Positions 30,311-40,047 of a stretch of 64,000 nucleotides of DNA are shown one piece after another. The notes beneath the pieces are model-generated. The model had not been told where the DNA came from. It worked only from the letters and a program-made list of their open reading frames with translations, and ran no database searches. Origin of the DNA: Candidatus Planktophila sp. (GTDB taxonomy: Bacteria > Actinomycetota > Actinomycetes > Nanopelagicales > Nanopelagicaceae); the NCBI GenBank assembly GCA_009691145.1, contig SHVG01000001.1:13308-77307 (forward strand), read 5' to 3'. The position numbers were made by a program, and so were the translations under genes. Positions within the stretch are counted from its first letter, which is position 1; each line of letters starts with the position of its first letter.

Positions 30311-31152
30311 GCCCGTACCACCCGTCGTTGATCAGCAAGTGACTCTAACTTTTCCCATTGATCAGGAGCGGTCTGAAATTCAGCTAATGAATTAAGTTTA
30401 CCGTTACCGTGGTAGTCGCTGGCACCAGTTATAACAAGCCCTAATTCCTTAGCAACTACCCGTAGCATCGCGCGCTCGTCGGGGTTTTGGTCACGATGAT
30501 CAACTTCGATGCCATTTAGCCCGGCAGCTACTAAATCGGAAAAGTCAGCTGCCTTAAGAATCTGACCCCGATGGGATGCAAATGGGTGTGCGATCACTGC
30601 GACTCCCCCAGCGGCACGGATCATGGCAATGGCATCTACTGGAGTTGGTGCTGCATGGGAGAGATAAAAAGCAGAGTCATTGTTGAGCATTCCCTGAAAA
30701 GCCTCGTCACGGGAGTTAATAATCCCTTTATTAACTAATGCATCGGCTAAATGTGGGCGCCCGAGAGTTGCACCAGTTGGGCGCGCAGCTTCAACATCAT
30801 CCATTGAAATATCTATCCCCGCCGCCCGCATCTTTTCAATCATCTTTCGCATACGGGGTAGTCGTCCATCACGAGTTTCTTCAAGCATCGTCTGCATCTT
30901 TTTATTGTCGCCATCAAAGAGCAGGGCCAACATGTGCACACTGGTTCCATCATTGGTCAGACATGAAATCTCACTACCTAAAGCTAGGCGGATGCTCCCC
31001 CGCACCGTTTGCACCGCTTCTTGCCAACCCGATGTCGTATCGTGATCAGTAAGGCCAAGAAGGGTTATTCCTAGGGAAATCGCTTTATTTACTAGCTCAC
31101 GTGGGCTATCGGTTCCGTCGCTCTTATTCGTGTGCGTATGCAAATCAATCAT
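30307..31152 (-). CDS. PHP-domain phosphoesterase (TrpH/YciV-like)
   Basis: IDLHTHT..SDG, TDHD, GRPH, AHP and GASDYHG. Confidence 0.92.
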   Translation of the reverse strand: MIDLHTHTNKSDGTDSPRELVNKAISLGITLLGLTDHDTTSGWQEAVQTVRGSIRLALGSEISCLTNDGTSVHMLALLFDGDNKKMQTMLEETRDGRLPRMRKMIEKMRAAGIDISMDDVEAARPTGATLGRPHLADALVNKGIINSRDEAFQGMLNNDSAFYLSHAAPTPVDAIAMIRAAGGVAVIAHPFASHRGQILKAADFSDLVAAGLNGIEVDHRDQNPDERAMLRVVAKELGLVITGASDYHGNGKLNSLAEFQTAPDQWEKLESLADQRRVVRA

Positions 31153-32072
31153 GGTGTTATCTCTACCTGTGCGCTGCGTGTACGAGTGACTACCAAAACG
31201 CATCCAATTAAAATAAGTGCGATACCAGGCAAAATTCCTAGCGGTGGCTTCTGTCCCATCCACCACACAGCTAGCACCGAACTAATCGGAACTTCAAAGA
31301 AGATAATAAGTGAAACGATGGCTGGTGATACACGTTTGAGTGCAGCGTTAAACATTGTGTGACCAAGAATTTGTGCGCCAATAACTAAGCCCAACAAAAT
31401 CCACCATTCACGGGCACTAAAGTTAAAGAGCGAATACCCAGATACAAGAGTGATTGGTAAGGCCGTTATTGCGCACACGAAATAGCAGATGCTCGTATAT
31501 GTAGTTGTCTCAACGGTTCTTTGGGCCCTAGATCCGGCCATCATGTAGAGCGCGGCAAGGGCCGCTGAAATAAGTGCGGCAACATCACCCAAGAAAGATC
31601 GAAGTGATATCTGTAGATCGACCCCAGAGATCAGTAGCACACCAGAAAAACTTACGAGCATGCCTAGCCAGACCTTAGATGGAATATGTCCGCCACTCAT
31701 TTTCACAAAGAGCGCAGCAAATATTGGCTGCAATGCAACTAGAGCGGTACCAGCTGCAACAGTTGTCCAACGCATCGCTAGAAAGAAACCCATAAAATGT
31801 GTCGCTAGTAGAACTCCAGCAATCACCGACCACTTCACACCGTTGCGATTAATGCTATGGCGAAGGGCAAATGGCAGAGTTAACAATGAGCCGCCTAGAT
31901 TTCTCCAAAATATCAACGTCGGAATCGGCATAGCGCTCATGGCAATTAATGGCCCCGATGTACCAATGCCAATCGTTCCCATAGCAAGGCGGATGAGGTC
32001 AGGGCGTGCAGGTATGGCTGTATGGCTATCGCGGATATGTTGCCCGCTCTCTAACTGTTCGCCTGCACTCAT
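31149..32072 (-). CDS. DMT/EamA-family transporter
   Basis: About ten TMs in two EamA-like repeats (QPIFAAL, GHTMFN, EVPIS). Confidence 0.88.
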   Translation of the reverse strand: MSAGEQLESGQHIRDSHTAIPARPDLIRLAMGTIGIGTSGPLIAMSAMPIPTLIFWRNLGGSLLTLPFALRHSINRNGVKWSVIAGVLLATHFMGFFLAMRWTTVAAGTALVALQPIFAALFVKMSGGHIPSKVWLGMLVSFSGVLLISGVDLQISLRSFLGDVAALISAALAALYMMAGSRAQRTVETTTYTSICYFVCAITALPITLVSGYSLFNFSAREWWILLGLVIGAQILGHTMFNAALKRVSPAIVSLIIFFEVPISSVLAVWWMGQKPPLGILPGIALILIGCVLVVTRTRSAQVEITP

Positions 32073-32094
32073 AAGACAAAGGTACCCTTATCCC

Positions 32095-33366
32095 ATGAGC
32101 GGCAATCTCCTAAACCGAGTATTTCTCGCCCGTCTTGCAGGCACTGCGGTCTTTGACCCAAACGGTGACCCAGTAGGAAAGGTGCGAGATGCTGTTGCGA
32201 CCCTTCGCACAAATAATCTTCCACCTCGCGTCTTGGGTTTTGTCGTCGAAGTTCCTTTGCGCCGCCGTGTATTTGTACCAATCACCCGTGTTACTTCGAT
32301 TGAAAGTGGAGCAGTTGTTATTACCGGTCTACTTAATATGCGACGCTATGAAACACGTCCCGGTGAGGTTCTAGTCCTTGGTGACATGCTCGATCGTTCA
32401 ATTACTCTCGTTGCATCCAATGAGGTTGTAACCGTTGAAGATATGGGAATGGAACAAAATCAGACCGGTGATTGGCTTATTAATAAGGTACACATCATGC
32501 GCCCAGGTCGTGGACTTCGCCGTAAGGGTGCAACCTCTACTGTTTCTTGGGAAGAAGTAATTGGCTTTGCACACACCGAGCAAAATCAAGGCATTACAAA
32601 TCTACTTTTAACTTTAGCTAACTTACGTGCCGCTGATTTAGCGACCGTATTGCAGGACTTACCACCTAAGCGCCGAGTCGAAGTCGCTGGCGCACTTGCC
32701 GATGAGCGCCTAGCTGATGTACTAGAAGAGATGGATGAAAATGCCCGCGTCTCACTCTTAGCCGAGCTTGAAGGTGAACGCGCTGCAGATGTTTTGGGTG
32801 AGATGGATCCAGATGATGCCGCCGATTTATTACGTGAGATCGGTCAGGAGCGCGCCGAAGCGCTTATCGAATTAATGGAGCCTGCGGATGCCGAAGATGT
32901 TCTGCGTCTGATGAACTATGAGGATTATTCAGCCGGCGGAATGATGACGACCGAACCAATTGTTATGAGCGCTGATTACTCAGTTGCCGATGCGCTTGCC
33001 GCAGTACGTCAACAAGAGATTTCACCGGCGTTGGCATCGCAGATTTTTATCACCCGACAACCCCTTGAAACACCTACGGGACGCTTTATTGGCACAGTGC
33101 ATTACCAACGTTTATTGCGCGAACCACCTTCTACTCTCTTGGGTTCAATCGTGGATACTCACTCTCGCGGTATTAAGCCAGATGCATCCCTGCATGAGGT
33201 TTCATCACACTTAGCAAGTTACAACATGCTCTCGCTGCCTGTAATTGATTCTAACGATCGCTTGCTAGGTGCCATAACAGTCGATGACGTTCTCGACCAC
33301 TTACTGCCAGAAAACTGGCGTCATGACCATCGCGAGAAATCGCCCGTTGAATACAAGGAGGTTTAG
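32095..33366 (+). CDS. Soluble PRC/MgtE-N/CBS-domain protein (MgtE cytoplasmic part only)
   Basis: MDPDDAADLL, SAGGMMTTEP and LLGAITVDDVLD motifs; no TM region. Start at 32095. Confidence 0.88.
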   Translation: MSGNLLNRVFLARLAGTAVFDPNGDPVGKVRDAVATLRTNNLPPRVLGFVVEVPLRRRVFVPITRVTSIESGAVVITGLLNMRRYETRPGEVLVLGDMLDRSITLVASNEVVTVEDMGMEQNQTGDWLINKVHIMRPGRGLRRKGATSTVSWEEVIGFAHTEQNQGITNLLLTLANLRAADLATVLQDLPPKRRVEVAGALADERLADVLEEMDENARVSLLAELEGERAADVLGEMDPDDAADLLREIGQERAEALIELMEPADAEDVLRLMNYEDYSAGGMMTTEPIVMSADYSVADALAAVRQQEISPALASQIFITRQPLETPTGRFIGTVHYQRLLREPPSTLLGSIVDTHSRGIKPDASLHEVSSHLASYNMLSLPVIDSNDRLLGAITVDDVLDHLLPENWRHDHREKSPVEYKEV

Positions 33367-33368
33367 TC

Positions 33369-33866
33369 ATGGCACGTAGCTTCGGTTTAGATACACCACG
33401 CGAGACCCGACGGACTCTGCGACCAAACTTTGATCCTGAAACATTTGGGCGCTTATCAGAGCGCTTCGCACGATTCTTAGGTACTGCACGCTTTTTGGTC
33501 TACATGAGCGCCTTCGTTCTTACTTGGATTATATGGAACTTCGTTGCACCTAAAGATCTGCGCTTTGATGACTATCCATTTATCTTCTTAACACTCATTC
33601 TCTCATTGCAGGCATCATATGCAGCACCTCTAATCCTGCTGGCACAAAATCGACAGGCCGACCGCGACCGAATTCAGCTCAATGAGGATCGCGCACGTAA
33701 CGAGCGCAGTATCGCCGATGCCGAATACTTGACCCGTGAAATTGCAACGCTTCGAATCTCACTTGGTGAGGTTGCCACCCGCGACTTTGTACGTGGTGAG
33801 CTTTCAGGTTTTGCCAAAGAGGTTGTTACCGAACTACGTAGCGATTCCCAATCGGACTCCGAGTAA
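33369..33866 (+). CDS. DUF1003 membrane protein
   Basis: FDDYPFIFLTLILSLQASYAAPLILLAQNRQ. Confidence 0.92.
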   Translation: MARSFGLDTPRETRRTLRPNFDPETFGRLSERFARFLGTARFLVYMSAFVLTWIIWNFVAPKDLRFDDYPFIFLTLILSLQASYAAPLILLAQNRQADRDRIQLNEDRARNERSIADAEYLTREIATLRISLGEVATRDFVRGELSGFAKEVVTELRSDSQSDSE

Positions 33867-34955
33867 AGACTTACTTCGCTTTATTAATTTTTCGGCAATC
33901 TCATAAAGAACTTTCGCACTGGCTGACTCGGGGTCAGAGATTACAACTGGAACACCAGCATCTCCGCCTAAGCGAAGATCAACGCTAAATGGAATCTTGC
34001 CGAGCAATGCAACATCGCTTCCAACTAATTGAGATAGGCGTTTAGCTGTCTCTTCTCCGCCACCATTTCCAAAGAGTGAAACAAGGGCTCCTGTTGCCGG
34101 ATCTGTGTACTCAGACATATTTTCAACGACACCGATTACTTGCTGATGAATCTGGTGTGCGATTCGACCTGCGCGCTCGGCCACTTCAGCGGCTGCAACT
34201 TGCGGGGTTGTCACAACCAAGATTTCGGAGGTTGGAATTAACTGACCGAGAGAGATTGCAAGATCACCAGTGCCAGGTGGTAAATCGATGAGTAAGAGAT
34301 CTAAATCCCCCCAATAGGCATCGGATAAGAGCTGCTCAAGGACTCGGTGCAGCAGTGGTCCGCGATAGGCGACGGCATCGCTGCGCTCTGGCTTAAACAT
34401 CTCCATTGAAACGGTTTTTACACCAAAGGATTCGAGCGGGATAAACATTTGATCGATCGCCGTTGGCCGCTTGCCCATGAGGCCCATTAAGCGCGGAATC
34501 GAGTGGCCGTAGACATCGGCATCGAGGATCCCAACGCGCAGACCCTTTTGAGCCGCTGCAACTGCAAGGTTGACCGTGACGGAGGATTTTCCAACTCCAC
34601 CTTTACCAGATGCGATTCCGATTACTCGAGTGAGTGAATCAGGTTGGGCAAATGGAATAAATTTTTCGCGACCATTGCGCATTATCTTCTTTACATTATC
34701 GCGCTGTTCTTGTGACATAACACCAAAGGTTAAATGAACGGATTTGACACCATCAACGGCTGAAACCGCGCTAGTAATATCACTGCGCAATCGATCCTGC
34801 ATTGGACAGCCCGATATCGTTAAGAGAATCGAAACAGAGACACTGCCATTCTCCTCTTTAAGATCATCGACCATTCCAAGATCGGTAATCGATCGATGAA
34901 GTTCGGGATCCTGTACGGCCTTTAAAGCAGCCGCTACTTGATCAAGTAGACTCAT
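33834..34955 (-). CDS. mrp: Mrp/ApbC Fe-S cluster carrier ATPase
   Basis: VQDPEL..SITDLGMV, GCP, SGKGGVGKS, DLPPGTGD and VTTPQ. Confidence 0.95.
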   Translation of the reverse strand: MSLLDQVAAALKAVQDPELHRSITDLGMVDDLKEENGSVSVSILLTISGCPMQDRLRSDITSAVSAVDGVKSVHLTFGVMSQEQRDNVKKIMRNGREKFIPFAQPDSLTRVIGIASGKGGVGKSSVTVNLAVAAAQKGLRVGILDADVYGHSIPRLMGLMGKRPTAIDQMFIPLESFGVKTVSMEMFKPERSDAVAYRGPLLHRVLEQLLSDAYWGDLDLLLIDLPPGTGDLAISLGQLIPTSEILVVTTPQVAAAEVAERAGRIAHQIHQQVIGVVENMSEYTDPATGALVSLFGNGGGEETAKRLSQLVGSDVALLGKIPFSVDLRLGGDAGVPVVISDPESASAKVLYEIAEKLIKRSKSLLGVRLGIAT

Positions 34956-35257
34956 ATGAGATCTGGATCAATCCGCGCCTCGGGACGCCTCGTTCTTGCC
35001 ATAGGTTTATCCTCCATAAGATGGGCTAACTGCTTCTTAACAAATGTCTTTGGGTGAAGATCGGCAGGCTGTAGATTTTCAAATCCCGGTCCTAGATTCT
35101 CCTTTAACTCAGCCGTTGCCGTTTGTGAGAGTGCGCGTAACTTCTTCATCATCTTGGCAGCCTCTACTGCCACCTTTGGTAGGCGCTCTGGTCCAACTAA
35201 AATCATCGCCAAAACAGCAAGACCTAAGAGTTCCCCCGCACCGATATCAAAGAACAT
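34952..35257 (-). CDS. tatB: Sec-independent translocase TatB
   Basis: MFFDIGAGELL...GPERLP and DLHPKTFV. Confidence 0.92.
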   Translation of the reverse strand: MFFDIGAGELLGLAVLAMILVGPERLPKVAVEAAKMMKKLRALSQTATAELKENLGPGFENLQPADLHPKTFVKKQLAHLMEDKPMARTRRPEARIDPDLI

Positions 35258-35284
35258 GCCCTTAGCCTATCTGCAACGACGTAG

Positions 35285-36406
35285 TTAGTCTTTTGCCGCG
35301 ATTAAGGCCACTGTGGCTGAAAACTCTTTGCCATCACGCACATATGTAATCCTGACGCGATCTCCAACGTTCTTGGATCGAACGGCAACGATGAGCTCTT
35401 CGGCGGCATTTATCTCACGATCTCCAAATTTGATGATGATGTCACCTTGCTTTACGCCCGCCTTTGCTGCCGGCCCGCCAGCCATGACTCCAGTACTGGA
35501 TTTGGCAACGAGTGCGCCAAGGCCCCTAAAGTTCATATCTAATGAGACGCCTAAGACTGGATAGGTAGCTTTGCCATTCTTGATTAATTGATCGGCGGTT
35601 TTGCGCGCTTGATTAATTGGAATCGCAAAGCCTAAACCGATTGAACCTGTCTGCGAAGTTGAACCAAGGGATGCGATTGCAGAGTTAACACCAATGACGG
35701 CTCCCGTTGAATCAACGAGTGGGCCCCCAGAGTTGCCAGGATTGATTGCCGCATCGGTTTGCAGCGCGTTAATAAATGAGTTCTCAGATACAGATCCGCC
35801 GGCTGTAACTGGACGGTTCTTTGCACTAATGATTCCAAGGGTTACTGTTCCAGATAATCCAAGGGGCGAGCCAATTGCAATAACTGAATCTCCGACGGCG
35901 ACCATATCGCTATCACCAAACTGCAACGCCGGTAAATTTGCCGCGACGATCTTTAAGACTGCTAAATCATAAGATGCATCGCGGCCTACGATTTTTGCAT
36001 TGTAAACATCTCCATTATTGAGTGTGACACGTAAGGTGCCCCCTGATTGTGCTACCGATGCAATGACGTGGTTGTTAGTCAAAATATATCCGCCGCTATC
36101 GATGATAAAGCCTGAGCCTGTACCACCACTATCGCTAGTGCGAGTAGTAATTGAAACAACCGATGGCAGAACTCGCGCAGCGATTCCGGCGACAGAGTCT
36201 GGCGCTCTTTCAATAACGCTCGATGAAGAAACTAGATTCGCATGCCTAAATAATGTGCCGCCCGTTGCATTGACACCTAAGAGGCCACCGATGCCACCGG
36301 CGAGTAGTGCAACTAAAACGACCGTGCCCCGTGGAGTTTTTCTAGAACGCGACCCTTGCCACCAAGGTGGGGCAACAAGTGACCTCTTTGTACGGGGAAA
36401 TATCAT
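35285..36406 (-). CDS. htrA: HtrA/S1C serine protease with PDZ domain
   Basis: GSGFII, TNNHV, DLAV, QTDAAINPGNSGG and a C-terminal PDZ. Confidence 0.93.
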   Translation of the reverse strand: MIFPRTKRSLVAPPWWQGSRSRKTPRGTVVLVALLAGGIGGLLGVNATGGTLFRHANLVSSSSVIERAPDSVAGIAARVLPSVVSITTRTSDSGGTGSGFIIDSGGYILTNNHVIASVAQSGGTLRVTLNNGDVYNAKIVGRDASYDLAVLKIVAANLPALQFGDSDMVAVGDSVIAIGSPLGLSGTVTLGIISAKNRPVTAGGSVSENSFINALQTDAAINPGNSGGPLVDSTGAVIGVNSAIASLGSTSQTGSIGLGFAIPINQARKTADQLIKNGKATYPVLGVSLDMNFRGLGALVAKSSTGVMAGGPAAKAGVKQGDIIIKFGDREINAAEELIVAVRSKNVGDRVRITYVRDGKEFSATVALIAAKD

Positions 36407-36418
36407 GGCTTTATTTTG

Positions 36419-37045
36419 CTACAACTTAGTAGCGACTAACAAACCATCGCCCGATGAAATCAAGGTACTCACCCAATGCTCTGTATCGTTTTTAATGATT
36501 TTCCCAGCATCGCGCAGCGAAACCGTCTTTGAATCACGCTGGGCTGGATCGCAGACTTTGGATCCCCCAAAGAAGTTATCGATTACTAACGCCCCGCCGC
36601 TTCGCAAAATACGGTGTGCTTCACCGATTACAAAAGCCAAATCCTCTGGGTTGTGGCGCAGTACCACGAGGTCATAGGCGCGATCGGTGAGTTTTGAGAT
36701 TACATCTAGAACGGAGTTAGTAATGAGGCGGTATCGCGTCTGGGCAATATCGGCATCGTTAAAGGCCATCTTTGCAATCCGGGTATGTTCCATCTCATCA
36801 TCAATAGATGTCAAGGTTCCGCTATTGAGCATTCCATCGAGCAGCCACAGACTTCCAACACCTGAACCTGTACCAACTTCTACGACCGACTGCGCCGACA
36901 ATGTAAAGGCTAAATGACGAAGATAGGCACCGGCTCCGGGTGTTACATCTACTGCACCGAGCTCGACCCCACGTGCACGTGCCTGTGATTTAAAGTGATC
37001 TTCGGCGATAAAGTTTTCAGCGTACGAATGTGGATCGGTTTTCAT
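36419..37045 (-). CDS. SAM-dependent O-methyltransferase (Rv1220c-like)
   Basis: VVEVGTGSGVGSLWL, LTSID and GDGLL. TGATG overlap with pepA. Confidence 0.88.
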   Translation of the reverse strand: MKTDPHSYAENFIAEDHFKSQARARGVELGAVDVTPGAGAYLRHLAFTLSAQSVVEVGTGSGVGSLWLLDGMLNSGTLTSIDDEMEHTRIAKMAFNDADIAQTRYRLITNSVLDVISKLTDRAYDLVVLRHNPEDLAFVIGEAHRILRSGGALVIDNFFGGSKVCDPAQRDSKTVSLRDAGKIIKNDTEHWVSTLISSGDGLLVATKL

Positions 37046-38532
37046 CACAGTGACATGATCCATTGAGTCAATAAGCGAACCCCATAGCCTGTACCGCCCT
37101 TTGGATTTTCTCCTGCATCGACTTCGCTACGACCAGTGCCTGCGATATCTAGATGCAACCAGCGGCGATTACCAGCGAAGTGCTCGAGAAATAGCGCGGC
37201 GGTCACTGAACCAGCGGAATAATTAGCGTGGCTAGCATTGTGGTTAAAATCTGCAATATCGCTCACTAATGAATCTTTATAGTCATCAATTAACGGCATG
37301 CGCCAGACACGATCCCCCGAATCGCTGCCGGCCTTTTCAAACTGCGCAGCAAGCTTGTCATCACGTGTGTACATCGCAGCAAACTGTCGGCCAAGTCCAC
37401 GTGTCACAGATCCCGTAAGTGTTGCAATGTCGATTAAATAATCAGGATCTAAATTAATGTCGGCATATGCCAGACCGTCGGCTAAGACTAAGCGGCCCTC
37501 TGCATCGGTATTGATTACTTCAACGGTTGTTCCTCCATAATGTTTAATAACATCACTAGGGCGCTGGGCAGTGGCAGAGATAGCGTTTTCGGCGCACATC
37601 ATGAGAGCGGTAACGCGGACATTGGGTTGTAGTTCTTCAAGGGCTGTGAGTGTTGCAAGAATCGCTGCAGCTCCTGCCATATCCGACTTCATAGGAATCA
37701 TTGAATCGTATGGGCGCTTGAGTGAAACTCCGCCCGTATCAAAAGTGATTCCCTTGCCGACTAATACAACATGCGGAAGTGGGCCGTGAGATCTCTTTTT
37801 ATCTTTAGGTGCGTAGGCTACTTCTATAAAGCGTGGGCCTGGCTTTGGTGATGAGTTCCCGACGGCGCGCAGGCCACCAAAATCTTTGAGCTCTTTTCCA
37901 CTTAAGACATTGACCTTTAATCCATTTGATTTGGCGAACTCTTGCGCTTGTGTAGCCATCCACTCAGGAGTCTTAATATTAGAAGGCGTATGGACCATAT
38001 CGCGAGCGCGCGCAACCGCTTTCGCAAAAACATTAGCACCATTGACTATCTCCTTGTCATCACTTGCTACTAAGAATGTAGGAACATCGGCGGGTTTTCC
38101 GCTCTTTAAACTCCATAAGTAGGCACCCATCGTTAGCGAGATTGCATGTGCGGCGATTTCAGTTTTCTTAACTGCGCATGCCGAATAAACAGTTAAGTTT
38201 TTGCCACGGACTTTTCGAGCGATTGCTGTTGCTGCAACTCGCAAGGCAGCCGGCGTTGCATCACCAATAAATGTTAAGTAAATACGTTCGGTCGAGCAGT
38301 CATTGGCGCTGACTGGGATTTCAAATATCTCACCGGGTTTTCCAGCCGGTGAAAAGAAAGAGAGTTCATCTGCTAGATCTATCTTGAAGTGGTCTTCAAT
38401 ATCTCTAATGATTGTGCCAGGGCCTTGAAAAATAAAACCATCGGCGCCATCGCTGATATAAGCCAGTGCAATGACATCGGCAGAAGTAGCTGCGCTAAGT
38501 TTTACTGGTGCAGCGTTAAGTATTGAAGACAT
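37045..38532 (-). CDS. pepA: Leucyl aminopeptidase (M17)
   Basis: VGKGITFDTGG, MKSDMAG, NTDAEGRL and HLDIAG. Confidence 0.95.
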   Translation of the reverse strand: MSSILNAAPVKLSAATSADVIALAYISDGADGFIFQGPGTIIRDIEDHFKIDLADELSFFSPAGKPGEIFEIPVSANDCSTERIYLTFIGDATPAALRVAATAIARKVRGKNLTVYSACAVKKTEIAAHAISLTMGAYLWSLKSGKPADVPTFLVASDDKEIVNGANVFAKAVARARDMVHTPSNIKTPEWMATQAQEFAKSNGLKVNVLSGKELKDFGGLRAVGNSSPKPGPRFIEVAYAPKDKKRSHGPLPHVVLVGKGITFDTGGVSLKRPYDSMIPMKSDMAGAAAILATLTALEELQPNVRVTALMMCAENAISATAQRPSDVIKHYGGTTVEVINTDAEGRLVLADGLAYADINLDPDYLIDIATLTGSVTRGLGRQFAAMYTRDDKLAAQFEKAGSDSGDRVWRMPLIDDYKDSLVSDIADFNHNASHANYSAGSVTAALFLEHFAGNRRWLHLDIAGTGRSEVDAGENPKGGTGYGVRLLTQWIMSL

Positions 38533-38560
38533 GCGATGAAGGCTATCGCCTGCAGATGCT

Positions 38561-38740
38561 TTACTTCTTAACTAAAGCGACCGCGGCATGAAGTGCGGCG
38601 CTGAGATTATTTGCTTCCTCGGGGTTGAGCTCGACGACTAGACGTCCACCGCCCTCGAGAGGGATTCGCATGACCAACGAGCGAGCCTCCTTGGTGACCT
38701 CCATTGGACCATCACCTGTGCGGGGTTTCATGGCTGCCAT
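38561..38740 (-). CDS. DUF3117-family small protein
   Basis: MAAMKPRTGDGPMEVTKEARSLVMRIPLEGGGRLVVEL. SD GAGGAG upstream. Confidence 0.92.
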   Translation of the reverse strand: MAAMKPRTGDGPMEVTKEARSLVMRIPLEGGGRLVVELNPEEANNLSAALHAAVALVKK

Positions 38741-38822
38741 GGGAAGACTCCTCTTAAATATCGGGCGGGCAAATGCAAGGGAGTAAGTATCTCGCATTAG
38801 ATGCGCTGGTGGGAAATCGAAG

Positions 38823-39014
38823 TTAGAGCCCGAGAAGTGCGCTAAGTCGGGCCTTTCCTGAGGCAATGACGGCATCAACGGCGCGTACGGGTACCGATAA
38901 GAGCTCGGCGATCTCGGCCGAGGACAGTGATCGTAAGTAGTGCATCGTCAAGATGAAGCGCTCCTCTTCGGGCAGGGATGCCAGAACCTCTGCCAAAGTT
39001 GTGGGCGCACTCAT
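38823..39014 (-). CDS. Stand-alone sigma-70 region 4-like HTH protein
   Basis: LASLPEEERFILTMHY..SLSSAEIAELL matches the ECF region 4 pattern. Leaderless promoter TAGCCT-N6-ATG. Confidence 0.75.
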   Translation of the reverse strand: MSAPTTLAEVLASLPEEERFILTMHYLRSLSSAEIAELLSVPVRAVDAVIASGKARLSALLGL

Positions 39015-39061
39015 GGGATAAGGCTACTGGTCAGGGCTTGGGGGTTGGCCCCATATAGGTA

Positions 39062-39487
39062 TTAGCAAAATGTCCGTGCAAAGCGGGCCAGTGAAATGCG
39101 CACGCCGATAAATAGGGCTGGTGAAATAAGTATAAATATCGGGCGAGGCGCCAGAACTTCTTCCGACCAATCAAATCGAGTATGGGTTGAATCAATTTCA
39201 ATGAGCTGGAAGCGACCTGTGCCTTTAATGAAATCTCCTGTGTGAACGACGTCACATAGTTGCGGTGGGGCCCAAGCAGTTACTTCCATTGTGTCTAAAA
39301 TGCCAAGCTTTTTAACTCCAGTAAATGCACTAATTCTCGTTCCAACTCCACTTTGAATTTCAGATGTAACCCAGACCTTAGTCTGCAACATCCAATCCCC
39401 TTGCCTCTCCCAATCGGCTAAGGCATCCCAAACCCTTTGAATCGGAGCACTAATAGTTAAAGATATTGCTAAGTGGTTACTCCTCAT
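39062..39487 (-). CDS. SRPBCC-family protein
   Basis: I.AP..RVWDALADWERQGDWM, GVGTR and W.PP motifs. Confidence 0.85.
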   Translation of the reverse strand: MRSNHLAISLTISAPIQRVWDALADWERQGDWMLQTKVWVTSEIQSGVGTRISAFTGVKKLGILDTMEVTAWAPPQLCDVVHTGDFIKGTGRFQLIEIDSTHTRFDWSEEVLAPRPIFILISPALFIGVRISLARFARTFC

Positions 39488-40017
39488 TGCCTACAAGCTT
39501 CAAGTGCATCATCGACGGTAGTTGTCCATTTAATTAATTCGCGCATACCTGGCTTAATAAAATTCTCGGACTCTAAGTGAATCACTAATTCATGTAGTGG
39601 GTCATAAACTCCAAATGGATCGAGAATTACGACTGGCTTGTTATGGAATTTTAAATAACGCCCTACCCATATTTCGAAAAACTCCTCGAGTGTTCCAGCG
39701 CCGCCTGGCAAGGTAATAAAGGCATCAGAAATATCAGTGATCATGGCTTTGCGCTCGCCCATAGTTTCAACGACATGTAGTTCATCGTTGTCATGATCTA
39801 CAAACTCAATGTCAACGAGTGCTTGTGGAATAACACCAACAGTTCGACCCTTAACTGCGCGCGCGCCCCGCGATACTGCCCCCATCATGGAGATATGACC
39901 GCCACCGGTGACTAGCTCCCAGGATGCAGAACCGATTCCTTCGCCCAATTGATAGGCGAGTTCAACATATTTTGGGTCGATAGTTGACGAGGATGAACAA
40001 AAGACCGCGATGCGCAT
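39484..40017 (-). CDS. LOG-family nucleotide phosphoribohydrolase (TIGR00730)
   Basis: VFCSSS, LVTGGG..SMMG, ERK and LPGGAGTLEE. Confidence 0.92.
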   Translation of the reverse strand: MRIAVFCSSSSTIDPKYVELAYQLGEGIGSASWELVTGGGHISMMGAVSRGARAVKGRTVGVIPQALVDIEFVDHDNDELHVVETMGERKAMITDISDAFITLPGGAGTLEEFFEIWVGRYLKFHNKPVVILDPFGVYDPLHELVIHLESENFIKPGMRELIKWTTTVDDALEACRQ

Positions 40018-40047
40018 GCTAGAAAGAATAGGGGTTAGGCTTAGGAC

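Noticed and set aside
31660-32094. 145-codon N-terminal extension of the MgtE-like ORF overlapping the DMT transporter antisense
   Set aside because: It is a shadow frame of the opposite-strand gene. A leaderless promoter supports the start at 32095.
38741-38878. Extended DUF3117 ORF and the small CGCAT-TAG-ATGCG inverted repeat (38793-38805)
   Set aside because: The SD and family start are at 38740, and a 5-bp arm repeat is too weak to call an operator.
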